From Camelus ferus (taxonomy: Eukaryota): a DNA stretch of 64,000 nt. Under the pieces are notes generated by a model. That model did no database searches. It was not told the DNA's origin and saw only the letters and a list, made by a program, of their open reading frames with translations. The position numbers and the translations under genes were made by a program. Positions 42,851 to 55,869 of this stretch are shown piece after piece. Every line of letters begins with the position of its first letter. Within the stretch, counting starts at the first letter, position 1. The stretch is from assembly GCF_009834535.1 (NCBI RefSeq), contig NC_045730.1, forward strand, positions 1,798,001 to 1,862,000, written 5' to 3'.

Positions 42851-45800
42851 GAACCCAGGGGGAGGAGCCGGGGCCATCTGGGCAGTAGGAGGTCACCGCT
42901 GGGACTTTGAGGGCAGCTGCTGCTCCCCAACCAGGTAAGAAGTATTTCTGAATTCTGGAAAGCCCGGCCACTGCGGTGGGCAGTCTGCTGGACTCCTGCC
43001 GCACGGCCCCCGGGACCGGGCGGCTGGCTTCCCCGGCTCACGACCCTCTGGCCCCGGCCTCCCACTCTGCACTGAGCGACTTTAAGCAGCTTGTCGTCCG
43101 GAGCACAGCACAGGGCTTCTGTGCTTCTTTCTGAGGGTCCGCCCTCCCCCTCGCTGCCCACAGATCCCAGGTCCTCCACACCCCTGCTCCGTGGGGTCTC
43201 TGCTCGCTGCCCATCTGGGCTCTGCACACGCAGCACCACAAGTTCCGGACCCAGACGGGAGCGGTCTGTCTGCAACGCCAGCCTTGCTCCAGAACACGGG
43301 GGGCAACGGTTCCTCAGATCTCTAAATACTATTTACGCCTGAGACTGCTCTGAAGTTACAGTATTTATCAGACCCCAGTGCCAGGTTGTTTTAGTTAACG
43401 CTCAAAGAAGCACAAACTTTAATCCCAAATACGTTTTTTATATTCTGTACTTTTTATATTTTTAAACTATTTGACAATTGGTTTTCAGTAACAGTAACAA
43501 TGGCTCCTTTATGTTCTTAGATATTCTATTCCTCCTCGTTCTCAAAGGCGTCTCGTTTTACTTGAAGTGCTTCATTTTCTTAGGTGCTTCACTTGGAGAA
43601 GGGGTCCTTCCCAGGCTGACAAAGGCATCCACGCCATGAAAGGATAAAGGGTGTCTTCAGGACATCCGGTGAGATAAAGGCTGGTGCTAAAGGCACGAGG
43701 TGAGCACAGCCAGGCGCTGGGGGGCAGGCCCGCGCTTGCCGCGTGGTGATGAAGGCACAGGCCTGCTGGCTCTGGCCCAACACCTGCGCCCTCTGCTGTC
43801 CCCCATCCAGCGCGTGGTCACAGGACCCAGGCCTCCACCTCTGAAGGCAGCCGCCGCCTGAAGCCCGCGCCCCAGGCTCCGGGCGCTCCCGCACGCCGGC
43901 CAGCAGAGGCACCGTTCCTGTTCCAGGCGGTCTCCCTGGTGTCTGTGCCGTGACCACCCTCGGACTGGAGCTGCCGCTCTGCTCCGGATCCAAGAGGGGC
44001 AGTGCTTCCTGTGCCTCCTCAGGCCCCGGGCCCCTGGGTTCTCCCCATGTGTGCAGGTGCCGCCGGGCCTTCTCTGCGACACCGGGTGGGAGCCGACTTG
44101 AAGGGCCGACACTCCAGCGGATTCTGTGAGTGATGGAGTTGCCTGGCTCTGAGCCCAGAGTTGTCCCCAAGCCCCCCGTTGGGCAACCTCCGACCCTTCG
44201 CTGCTGGTGACAGTGACCAGGGGCCACCTGGGACCGAGGGTCACCCAGGGAGTGTGGGGGGGCGTCGGGCCCCACAGCCCAGCACCGCAGGGTGTCATGC
44301 CGCTCTCTGGACGTGTAGAAGACACCAGAATAGTGGCCGCTGTGTCCTCCGGGGGCCGCATGGGTGGTACCACGGGGAGCAGCTCTTCGAGAACCCACCT
44401 GGGGCCCTCTGCGCTGGTCAGGAGAATAAAAGCAAATCGTGTGGCTCCTCACCTTGCTGGGATGCCCAGCGCCAGCTCATCAGCTCTGTCTCTCCCTGGG
44501 CCTGGGCTGCATCAGCTGCTTGCCAAGGAGCCGCAGGGAGGCCTGGGCTCGTCTGCCTTCCCCTCTGGTGCCGTCCAGCCGCGCTGGCGGCCTGGAGAAC
44601 ACAGCTCAGCAGAGCGCCGCCGTGGTGGCCCCGTGCTCGAGTATGCGTTCCTGGCACTTGGTGGGGACGCCACACCTGCCCTTTCCTTTCCCTCACCTCG
44701 CCCTTCGCAGGGCCTGTCACCACTGCAGACCACAGGCTCCTGCTCCTCGTTTAGAAGAGGGCAGAGAGACCTGCACAGGTGGGATCCCCGGGCGTCCGCG
44801 GCGTCGGCTCCACAGACACGTCTGTGCTGCTGGTCACACGCACCTGTGTCTTCAGGTGGCTCTGACCATGAGGGCGGTTGGTCAGACGCCCTGGGGCAGC
44901 AGGCTGGCCGCGCCCTTGCGGGCTCCCTGAGCAGCTCCACGCAGGGCCTGTCTGGACACTGAAACCGACGAGGCACACAAGATGCACTCCAGTCCCTGAT
45001 ACGCCTTCATCTCCTCTGGTTTCAAACGCAGTTGGAAACACAGGTCTGAACAACCCAGCCACGCCGTTGAGTCCGCAGAGGGCTGAAAACTGGGCGAGAG
45101 GATGTGTTTCCCCGTCTGACAAGATCTTTCCCCCACGAACTGTCCCCTCACACGGTGTGTGGCCTCCCCGCAGGCCCAGGTCCACAGCTGCTGCTCTGCG
45201 GAAGCGCCTCGCCCGCCAGCGCCGCCCAGGGCGGTACAGCCCTCGTGCGGGGAGGCCCACGGCCGGGGCTGCCGCGCTTCCAGCTGGAGGTGCTCGGGGA
45301 ACTGGGGACCCAAACCCCAAATGACGCTCAGGGAAAATGCTTGTGCTTCCAAAGTGCTTCCTGGGTCTACGCTTCTGTTCTTGGTCCTCGTCTTGGAAAA
45401 CCACCCGCTTTCGGAAGCACCGAGACCAGCTGGCAGCTGGCAGAGGTCAGCCTGCGAGAGAGGCTGGGAAGCAGCCTCGTGTGGGCAGCTGCGCCCCCAG
45501 TGTGACTTCAGCAGCGCTCTGGTCCCCGGGGAGTCTGTGGCGAAATGAAACTCATTTCTGAGATGCCTCGGAGGCTGCTGCATGATGACAGCCTTTCACC
45601 CAGGAAGGAACCCACGACAGGCTGGACAGCAGCAGAGGACCCGTGTGACACCTCGGAGCGGTGCCACGCGGGGGGCTGACATTCTGTCTCGGCAGCTGCA
45701 CGCAGTCGCACACTCACTCACAGACGCAGGGACGTGCACAGACACACCAATGCACCTGCTTTTCCTCCCCGTCGGTGACCGCTGACTCACGACCCGGGGG

Positions 45801-48800
45801 AACCGTAATTCATTACGGTTTACAGTGAAACTGCAGGTAAAAATGTACTGTTATTTTCTAAGTAATAATTTATCTTATCTTCATCTTAAAGATGTGTTTT
45901 TATAGCTTTTTCGTTTTAAAGCGTCAGTTGAAGACCTGTCTACGACTTAAAATGCTGCCTGTTCACGGCTGCTTTTCTTTCCTTTAGGAACGTGGAGCTT
46001 CCGCTCTCCATCCAGGGAACTTGCCAGAACATCCGTGTTGCAGTGAGATGGCCAACGACCAGCACCCACTGACCTCGGGACCTCGTTCAGTGAAGTCAGC
46101 AGAAACAGAACCCCCGGGGGGGGGGGGCTCAGGCAAGACGATGCTTTTGGGGGAAAATGGCCCGACCACGCCGAATTCCTGGCCCCTCCTTGAACAGTGT
46201 CACCAGCCAGGAGGGGCCGCGGGAGACAGCGGATGCTCTGCACCCACTCCGGCCCTGGGCAGAACTTCTGGAGCTTTTGGCAGCTTGGAGCCTGTCAGTC
46301 GAGCCCGTCCACTCTCTGGAGCGTCAGGAAGGCAGCCACCTGGCCACCCAGGGAGGCTGGCAGTGACTCTGGTGCACTGGGTGCACTGCCCACCGCCTCT
46401 TCTTGGAGGCCGTTCCCCGGGACTCAAGCTCATTCCTGGCTTTGAAGATGAGGAATGTGGTCAACCTCTAGGAGAGAGAGTGACCCCTGGGCTGCAGTCA
46501 GGATGGAACCGAGGACCTCAAATCTACAAGGAAGAGGGTTCTGCCCATGACAAGTCAGGGTTCTCCAGAGGACCCACCAATGGGATGTGTGTGCACAGAG
46601 GGAGGGCAGGCAGGCTGCGGTCCCAGGGAGCCAATGCTCAGGGGAGGTCAGAAGTCAGTCTTTGTGCTACTCAGGCCTTCCCCTGCTTGGGCGAGGCCCA
46701 CCACAGTGGAGGGCCATCTGTCACTCAGCATCTCCCCCTAAAACACCCTCACAGAAACTCTCAGAAGAATCTTGGACCAGGTGCCCGGACAGAGTGGTGC
46801 AGCCAAGTCCGCACGTGAAATTAACTGTCACTGCCCACAACAAATGTGCAGGAAGGAGGCTTTTCCCAAAGCCTCCGCACAGGAGCCAGCAGGGCCGACA
46901 CTTAGACTTCGGCCTTGCGAGACCCCAAGCAGGAAGCCCAGCTGGCCTTCTGATGAGGGGAGCTGAGAGCTGGTCCAGCCTTGCTTTAAGCCACGGGGGC
47001 TGGGGGCTTTGCTGCGCGGTGACAGACGACAAACACACAGGCCCTGAAGTGAGGAAGGAAGTCAGAGGATGGTTCCGGGCACGGGGGAAGCACGGGGAAA
47101 GCCAGGTCTCCAGGCAGCAGCCAGAGAAGCTTCTGGGGCGGCCGAGGTGCGGGGGAAGAGGCGGGGAGGGAGCGGTGAGGCCAGAGCTAAGTCCGAGCCT
47201 GGCTGAGGACGCGGCAGGAATTCTGCCAAGCTGGGCCTCCCGGGTGATGGCAACGCTTTAACCCGCTGAGAAGGCGCCAACGCCTCGCGCGGCTCTGGGC
47301 GAGCAGGGCGCCTACGGTCTTTCTAGGCTCTTTCGCGTGCTACTGCACTGAAGTGCGCAAAGCCCCAGCGCACCCTGCAGGAGTGGGAGAGACTCCCACT
47401 AGGCGTCTGGGAAACCTGAGCCCGGGGGCCACCTCGGGAAGCCTCAAGGCCCCGATCTGGGAGGCGGAGTGGGAAAGAGGCTGAGGCCTCTGCGAGGAGG
47501 GGAGACTCGGGGCCAGAGGGCTCGGGCCTGGTGGTGGGAGGGGGCCGGGCTGGGGTCTTCGCTGCCTCACCCTTCCAGTCCAGGAAGCCGAGGCCCTCGA
47601 GGCTACGGAAGGGGCTCCCGGAGCACACACGCGGCCCCGGCCGACATCCGTGGGCGAGCGCTGGGCCAGTGCCGGGTTGCTTACTTTCCTCACTTTTCAG
47701 ACGGTTAACTATTTATTTTAAATTCCAACGGCGAATGACCACCTGAAGCAGAGCCAAGCTGACGCGGGCCACCTCACCTCTCGCCTTTTGGGGACGAGCG
47801 AGTGGAACAGAAAATAAAACCTAACGGGAGAGCCAAGCACGCAGGCTGAACAGCAACGTCAGTCAGTCCGGGTTCGGCCATCCTGGAGCCAGCTCCCAGA
47901 CTTCTCCTTCACTCCTGCGCCCGGCTGCGTGTCCCAGTGAATAGAGCAGGTTTACGCCGTCTCTCTGACGTGTTTACGGGCTCCTGGTGCTCTGGCCTCC
48001 TCGGGATCTCAAAGCCCTGGTCAGCTGTCTTCACGGTGAAGCCAAGGGCTGGATTCCTTTGAAAATGAAGCAACTTTAACTTGACCTTCACCACTCTGGG
48101 TTAGGGCCTCCCAGGAGCTGGCTGCGTGATCAGGATCCTGGGTGTCATGAAAACACAGGACCCCTTGTTCAAGATGGTGCCGGCGGGGCATGAGGCTGGA
48201 GGGCAGCGTGATGTCGAGCCAAGGCTAGGAAGCCATCCCCTAGAGACGTGGAGCTCAGGGAGGGTTCAGACAGGGGAGGGGATGCAGGCCGAGCGGGCCC
48301 CTCTCAGCCAGAAGCAGGAGAGAACGGCGGGTGACGGCAAAAGCGAGGTCACGGCCGGAAGAGCCAGGAGCGAGGCGAGGATGGAGGGCCGTGGGCAGCA
48401 CAGAACGCTGCCCAGGCCAAAAAAGTGGAAGAGGCCAGCCATGCAAAGACTTAAGTCACAGCCGACACAGAAACAAGCATAAACTGCTGCGGACAAGAGC
48501 ACTTGCCACAAGGGAACACGGACACCGTCTGAGCCCCGGGACAGACCAAAACACGGAGAGCCGCCCAGGCCAAGGAAGCAGAACAGAGGAGGAGGTGTTC
48601 ATCAGGGGCGACCCCTGCCCTCGCGCGCGCCAACAACGCTTCATTCTAGCAGGGAGGCCAGCACAGTGCGCTTCAGCGCTGGGGCCCCGTCCAGGGGACG
48701 CCTCGGGGAAACCCTGGAAGACTGCTGCGGAGTGAAGGGGAGACTGCAATGCAATCCAGGGAGCCCCGAGGCCACGAAACGCAGGAGCAGAACCAGCAGG

Positions 48801-50039
48801 AGGGCCTGGCAGCCAAGCAGGGCGCTACAACGGTGGCACGTTTATGTCAGACTCCCGGCGCTGACGCAGGCAGGGGGCGAGGTGGGGCGAGGCTTGGTGC
48901 GAGGAGATGTAAAGCAGGTGGCGCGCCTCTCTGGTCTGGTCTGGAGTTTAAACACACCGTTAAAACGACAAATGATGTGCATCTGAAAGCAGAAAGTACC
49001 AGAACTCGGGACAGTAAAATAAGAACCTAGAACTGCTGGGCTAAGAAAAGGAGCCCGCAGACGCGAGAAACGCACTCGCTTCGTACTGAGTGGGAAGTCC
49101 AGCGACCTGTCTAAAGAAGCAGAGCACTGAGTGTGTTATGTAGCTCCTTTTTAAACTGCCCAGTAAAAGCTACAAGCAAAATGGACACCTTTCCAATTAA
49201 CACATGTGAAGTAAAGATCACACTCACAGAGCACACGGTGCAAAATTCAAGGGGAAAAAGGAAAAGAAAAAGCTTTAAAAACAGAGGGATGTATCAGAAA
49301 CTGGGAACAGCGGAGTGAGCAGAAGGGCCCCCTTCTCGGTCTGTCCTTTACTGTATCCAAATCATCGACCGTGTGCACGTTCAAACACACCCAGACGCAA
49401 AGGACACCCGCGGAGGAGTGCTCCTCGCGTGACTATCATGAGTTGGCAAGTTCATTTTATTAACTGTCTATCACACGCTCCCTCTACCGACTCTACTCAG
49501 GGTCCCCAGAATCAAGAACGACATTCTGTCAGAAGTACACGCTGTGACAGGGCTGAAATGACACCGCCTGTGTGTTCTGGGGGCCCGGGCTCACATCGGT
49601 TTAACTGCAGATGGACGATCTGTGCGGCGTGGGTCTGCTTTTCAGAGTCAGCCTGGCCCTGCCCATCCGCTAGTATGAGTGGGGTGTGACCTCTGCCACA
49701 CCAGCTGGAGGTGACCAGAGATGCTTACAGAAAGAGCTGTCTTGTAAAAGCGTAGATCGTCCAGAGGGAGGGAAAAAAGGCTTTGTGTTGGAAGGTGGAC
49801 ACTGATAAGAGGTTCTGAATGGCTCCGAAGATAATTGGTTGAAGTAATTCTGTCCAATAGAGTGTTCTCACCGACTCTTTTTTTTCTGTAGTAAAGAAAC
49901 ACCTTCATTTACAGTTTCATAGCGATGTAGAGACCACACAGAGCTACCCAACATTCTCACTTTCCCTTTGCATCTTCCAGCCATGCCATCTCCAAAATGA
50001 GATCTTCTGGGATTTAGTTCCATATCACAATGATTTTAA

Positions 50040-50365
50040 TTTTTTTTTTTAATTTAGAGCAGTTTTAGGTTCACAGAAAAATTGAGAGGAAGACCTGGAG
50101 ATTTCCCACACATGCCCCACTCCTGCCCCCACACATGCACACCCTCCCCACTGTCCACCTCCCAGCAGACGGGACACTTGTCGCGGTGGATGGAGCTACG
50201 CCGACACACCGTCACCGCCCAGAGCCCACGGCTGACGTCAGGGCTCACTCCTGCGCTGTGCATCCTGGGGGTTGGGACACGTATCCTTCACTGTGGTGTC
50301 ACCCGGAGAAGTCTCACTGCACTAGAAATCCTCTGCGTGCCACCTTTCCATCCCTGCCCACCATT
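50040..50365 (-). mobile_element. L1MC-type 3' end
   Basis: TTTTTAATTTAGAGCAGTTTTAGGTTCACAGAAAAATTGAG...TCACTGCACTAGAAATCCTCTGCGTGCCACCTTTCCATCCCT. Confidence 0.75.
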
Positions 50366-53300
50366 CAGCATTTTTTGTTCTTGTAGCTTGAAATAAAAAA
50401 TGACTTTTTACCAAGAATCTTGACCACGGCCGTGGTAAGAAGCCATAGCTTAAGGACAGACCTTTAAGTGCCTGCTGGCCAGCTCCCCTAGGGCCCGGCT
50501 GTGGGCTGTTCTGAAGGGCATTCATTGTGTTTTGGATTCTCCGCTGCGCACCTCCCAGCTCTCTGCGCTCTGTGTGGGTTCCCAGGTCAGACTCACGTGA
50601 CTGTGCGTGTCTCGTGGATCTTAATCTGGTACAGCTTTGTGTCTGCCTGACACAAACAACTGATCCATTTAAATCACTCAGTAAAAAGGAAGTAACAGCC
50701 TAATCTGCGATCTGGCCTCACGTCAACGAGCCCCCACGCCGTGAAACCAAGTGGTGGCTCAGCTTTCAGGCAGTTACTGCTGAGGCGTTTTAACACCGCC
50801 CTTCATGGGTGTTAAGGACGTGGTCTCTAGAACGTATGTTTGAGAAAGTATACCTGCCTTCGTGTTGCAAAGGTGTTCATGGTTTAATCTTCCATTTTCC
50901 ACCAGGGTGACATCTCATACACAGCCTTACGCAAATGAATGCATTTTTCAGTTGAATTAAATGAACTGCTGACGTGTAAAAATGCTCAAATGAGATCGCT
51001 TAAAATTTTAAGTGCGTTTGACCAAACAAGGTTTTGAAAGCAGTCCGTGCATAAACTTCACTTTGTGAGACTCAACGTGGCTATGCAGATTTTTCAGTGC
51101 TGAAATGGTAATTGAACTTGATTCAACTCACCCAGGATTACTGCCCGAATTCCATCCTGTGTGGCTTCCATCTGTTTACAATGAAAAAGAAAACAGATGT
51201 TTTATCGACCGGCAGCAGCTCAGAGCAGTGAGCCCATCCGTCATACCCTCCACGCTATTTATACGAGAGAAATAGACGGGGCAGCTGCGGCGGCCGGACC
51301 GAAGGCATTACTCAGCTGAGGGTTTTCCAGCGCTGTGAGCCTGACGAAAGTTTACATTCAGTCTTGAGACTGAATTACAGCCTCGCCAGCTACTGAACCA
51401 TGTGCAGCATCGTTCGTTACACTGAAGGACCGGCCTCCCAGCTTACAAAACTGGGGCTTCCCTGGCGAGAGCTAGAAAATTTACCTCCTTGTCAGCAGCA
51501 AGAAAAGTTACTGTGCTAGGACAAGCCGGTTTTCCCTGAGAGATGCAAGTGCACTGAGGGTAAAACGGGCTCCTCACTTTGAATTCCACTGGTTCAAGAA
51601 CGTGACGTCCGTCCGTCTGATCCTCCTGCTTTGGATTGATGAAAACAATAAATTATCAAAATGCATTAATTCAGATTCCAATCACATTAATGCTCAATCA
51701 GCCCTTCATTAATAATAGTCCATCAAATGAAATGCAAATGACAAGACATGAAATTAATCACAAATGAACAAACTTTCCCTGTAAAGTCGCTTCCAGGAAC
51801 TTAATTCCAATTCGCACGTTCATACGTTGACAAAAGGTCTCTTCGAGTGTCTCTCGTGCTATCAGTCAGAGGTGGATGCTGTGCGAGGTGGGTGACCACG
51901 GGTGTGGGGCGCTACCTCAGAGGGTGGACTCTCCCGGCTGCCCGTCACCGCAAGTCAGGATCACCAAGGTCGGAGGAGCGGAGAGGAGTGCAGTGTGGGC
52001 ACAGGCGGGTGCGCACAGAGGGAGGGAAGGGCCTATAGGGAGAGGAGGGGTGGCTCCTTGTGCCCCAGGCCCCTCAGGCTATGACTTCAGCCAGGGCCAG
52101 CGCTGCCTTGGGGGCACTCAAGACCCTTGAATGTTCTGTGAGTGGCCCAAGGCTGGCCCTTCTGAGGAGCTTAAGGTCCCTGCGTTGGCAGTGAGTTCTA
52201 CAGCCTCCTACCCTGTCAGACTCACTCCAGAGCCGCTGCTCCTGCCTGTGCCCAGCCAGGGAGGGAACTAGGAAGAGAGGGCGGAGTGCAAGCCTACAGG
52301 GACAGGCCCCCGTCTCCTGCCCAGCGATGCCTGCCACCGAGGCCCCACGTGTGAGTTTCCGACGCCGAGGTGACCCACACTAGAGGGAGATGAGGTGGGG
52401 CGAGGGTCACCTTGCATCTCGTCTGTGGAGCGGACGCCCCCTCCACCAGCTTCCTGCGCACCCTGCAGCCGAGCCGTCCTCGGGTCTGTCTCTGCCCTGC
52501 TCTCAGCCCACAGATGTCGTCATCGCTGAGGTAAGCCCCTGGGTTAGAAATTTGGGCCAAAATTAGTTTATTTTTCAGCTTGTTAATGTAGCTTCAGAAT
52601 TGTTTATATTTTTTCTAAATGTCTTGCTAAGATACCTATAGATCACTCTCACATCAGCTTTCAAATAGGTCGGCTCTGGTGCTACTGTAACTGCATTTGA
52701 CATTTTTCCTTTAAACAAAGTCACACGTTACTAACAACTTAAATAAAGTGCACTCTTTGGAGACGAGACTGAAAAACGCACCCTGGCTCACTGTGCGGGC
52801 AAGGCTTGCTCTCCAGGCTGAACTTGGTCATGGAGAAGAGCGGGAGGATCTCATCGACATGGAGCAAGACGGGCCTCTGTGGCCGGTGAGCGGCCGTCCC
52901 CTCGCTCGGCCGAGGGCCAGCGGCTGGATCCCGGCAGCCGGCTCCGTCCCTCCCACTGTGCCCCGGGCTCTTCCCTCCAACTGCTTGGTGTGTGTGTCCT
53001 GAGCCACCTCCCCGCCCCGGGGAGGAGCATCTGGCTGGCATATCTTCAGATGTCTCGCATACACGGATTCTCTCCACCAGCTTCACATGGTATACAATCT
53101 TTGGATCTAAACCTTGGCCTGGCTTCTCCTTCACCGCACGGAATTTAGTGTCTACGTGTTCGTGTGGACGAGGGCGGTACTCCGCCCGCAGACTTCTGCC
53201 CTCTCCACCCCATGCCAACCACCTGAGTCTCTGCACAAGCTCTTCCTTTACTATCGTTGGTTTTTATGACCCAGACGAGCACCGTGAACTGAACCCCCTG

Positions 53301-55634
53301 AGATGTCCTCTTTGCACCTGCTCTGGGTCCGGGACGCCCCTTGGCCGGCATCTGTCTGTGCGCTGCTCCCCGTCACTGCAGCCAGCTCACTGCACCCACG
53401 CGGGGTCTCCTCCCCTTCTCCTCCGCATTCTCAAGCTTATGACCAAGTGACAGGCTTCCTTACTCTGCAATTACACCGTTTACAACTGCAGACTTTAGCT
53501 CCTCCACTGTCATTCCATCTGCGTGAGCCTAGACGCACTTCTTGGTCCCGTCACGCAGCGGTCGATTTTCCAATTCAGACCTGCTGCCGGAAGCGGTGCT
53601 GCCCCTCCTCGCTGTCACTTCCCTCGTGTGTTCCGCGCTTTCTCCTTGCTCCCTCGCCCCCAGCGACCCTGCGCTCCTCTTTCGTGGGAGTCGTGTCTGG
53701 GGGTCAGCAACTGAGCGTGAACGCTGGGGTGCGGCCAAGAGTCTGCATCCCCCTGGAAGTAACTCCGGAGGGGACCTTCCTCCGCCTCCCACGGCGCCTC
53801 TCCGTCCTCATCCCACCCCACAGCACATGCGTGCGCGCACACACACACTTTCTTTTAGGTCTTGTGCCATTTGTTCTTCCTCTACCCACCTTCAGAGAAG
53901 CAAGACCTGGGCAGACCTGGCGTCTGTCAGTGCCTCAGTGGCTCAGCCACCGCCCCGGTGGCAGGAGGCAGACCCTCTACTGGGCTGACTGGCCTGTCTC
54001 TCTCCCTGGGGCAGCATCTTTCTTCTCACTCCTCTGCTTGGTTCAATCACTCTTTCAGAAAACGTTAAAATGTTGCATGTGAACAGCAATTTTCAGGGAA
54101 ACACTGAAGCCCTGCTGGGTCTCTCTGCACAGCTTGCGCAGCTCGGTGTCACAGCGCCACAAGCTCAGGCCGGACTCCCTCACGTGTCCGACTACTGAGA
54201 TGCTTGGTCCCTGCCCGAGAGCCGGAGGCACTGGTGCTGAGGTGATGGTGATGGTGCTTGTCGTGGAGATGTGAGTGATGGTGCTGACAGCGGGGAGGGC
54301 TGGCACTAGGCCCTCTGGCCTTGGCCCATTTTACAAAACGACACCCAGGAGCAGGGAAGGCCAGCTGCCCCCACACGTGTGAAAAAGAGGAGCCTCACCC
54401 CTAGGATTTCCTGCGGAAGCAGATCCAGTGTTTAGCGCCGTGTGCTGCTGTCCGCGCGCCGCTCCCCGGAACAGCAGCTGTGATCACTGAGAATCGCTCT
54501 GCACCTCGTGCGTCTGTGCCGCCAACTCCGCCTCCTCACGTGCTCTCCTGCAGCTCGGGGCGCAGTCCTTGGAGGTAAGGGGGACTTCTTCCCTGACGCA
54601 GGCTCTCAGGAGGAACTTCTCTCTGACTTATTCCAGGACTAGGATGTGTCTCCCAAGAAGCAAATGCTCCCCACAGCCGGTCGCTGGGACGTTTTCCTCT
54701 TCGGAGCATCTGCAGACGGCTCAGAGCCGCCCAGGCCACGTCCAGGCAAGGGCAGGGTCTTCCGTGCGAGTCTGGGCGCTAAACCACAGCTGCTGCTTTT
54801 CCCTGCTTCCTGCCTCAGATTTCAACTGTCGCTCTGTTCTTCTAAAGGCCTCTTTAAACTCTTCCTGCCAAAGACAAAGACTATGTGAATAATAACTGGA
54901 TAAAACCTAAATTCAGGGACAGAATGAAGACAAAGGGACAGGTGCGGAGACACATGGCCCCGCTTGCAACGTTGCATCCACCTCTCACCGGAACCAGTTG
55001 CAATTACACTGCGCCTCAGCCCTCATCCCCCTGACCCCCCCACTCTCTGTCCCTGCACAGGTGACAGTGCTGGCTCTGTGCTCCCAATTTCCGTGTGCGT
55101 TCCAGCCTCTGCCCAGCAGACCCCTGTGATCCCTCTGGCAGGAGGGCCTGGAAGGACCGGAGTCGGGCCGCCCTGGCGGGTCTTCCTGAGAGGCCGCGGT
55201 GGCTCAGGCACGTCCCACCACAGACTCCCACTCACCCCCTCCTCTGCCTCCCAGCCAGCCCGACTCCCTTCTCTTCGTTGGGCTGAGAGACGACATTCTT
55301 CTCCTGGATGTTTCAGAAAGCACGTACGTAAGGTAACACGGACTACGGAGAAATTACTAACAGTTCATTTTAATAAAATGAAAGCTTTTCCTGCCTTGCT
55401 CTGGCTTGCTTCCTAAACTCTTGGAAGACCCTGGACACACGAACATAGACTTCTTTTTCTAACATCTCAGGTACGACGCCTGAACGCTACAGTGCCCTGG
55501 CTATTTCTGGAATTCAGACGGAGTCTCTGCTGTGACAAGGCCTGAGGGGGACGGACGGGGTCAGACTGGGCTGTGTTGCCACAGGGGTGGGAGTAGCTGG
55601 CCCTGCTCCAGAGACAGATGTGAATTAAAAAAAA

Positions 55635-55830
55635 AAAAAAAACCTTTCTGTCTGGAAAATTTCAGACATACATAGTAGACAGAATTATGAGCCCCGCATG
55701 CTCGTCAGCCTGCGCTGTGAATGACCTGTTCACGGCTGGTTGTTTCCCGTGTGCCCAGCCTGTTGTAAGCACATCCCAGAGGTGCACCTTTGGCCGGGAA
55801 GGCAGAGCAAGTCACCCTTGAAATAACCTG
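55635..55830 (-). mobile_element. L1MB-type 3' end fragment
   Basis: GGAAAATTTCAGACATACATAGTAGACAGAATT...TAAGCACATCCCAGA. Confidence 0.5.
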
Positions 55831-55869
55831 TGCTGTGCGTGTGGTGTTCCCAGGGAGCAGGGGTCCAGC

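Noticed and set aside
43589-46818. Cluster of long overlapping ORFs (for example 43589-44452, 44207-44962, 44882-45583, 46021-46818)
   Set aside because: Low-complexity Pro/Gly/Arg/Ala translations in several frames and both strands, no recognisable domain; expected from the scarcity of stop codons in GC-rich DNA.
40470-47900. Orphan CpG islands near 40.5-41.2 kb and 47.2-47.9 kb
   Set aside because: CpG is elevated across the whole window, including in old repeats, so these patches cannot be called islands without computing CpG observed/expected ratios and checking methylation.
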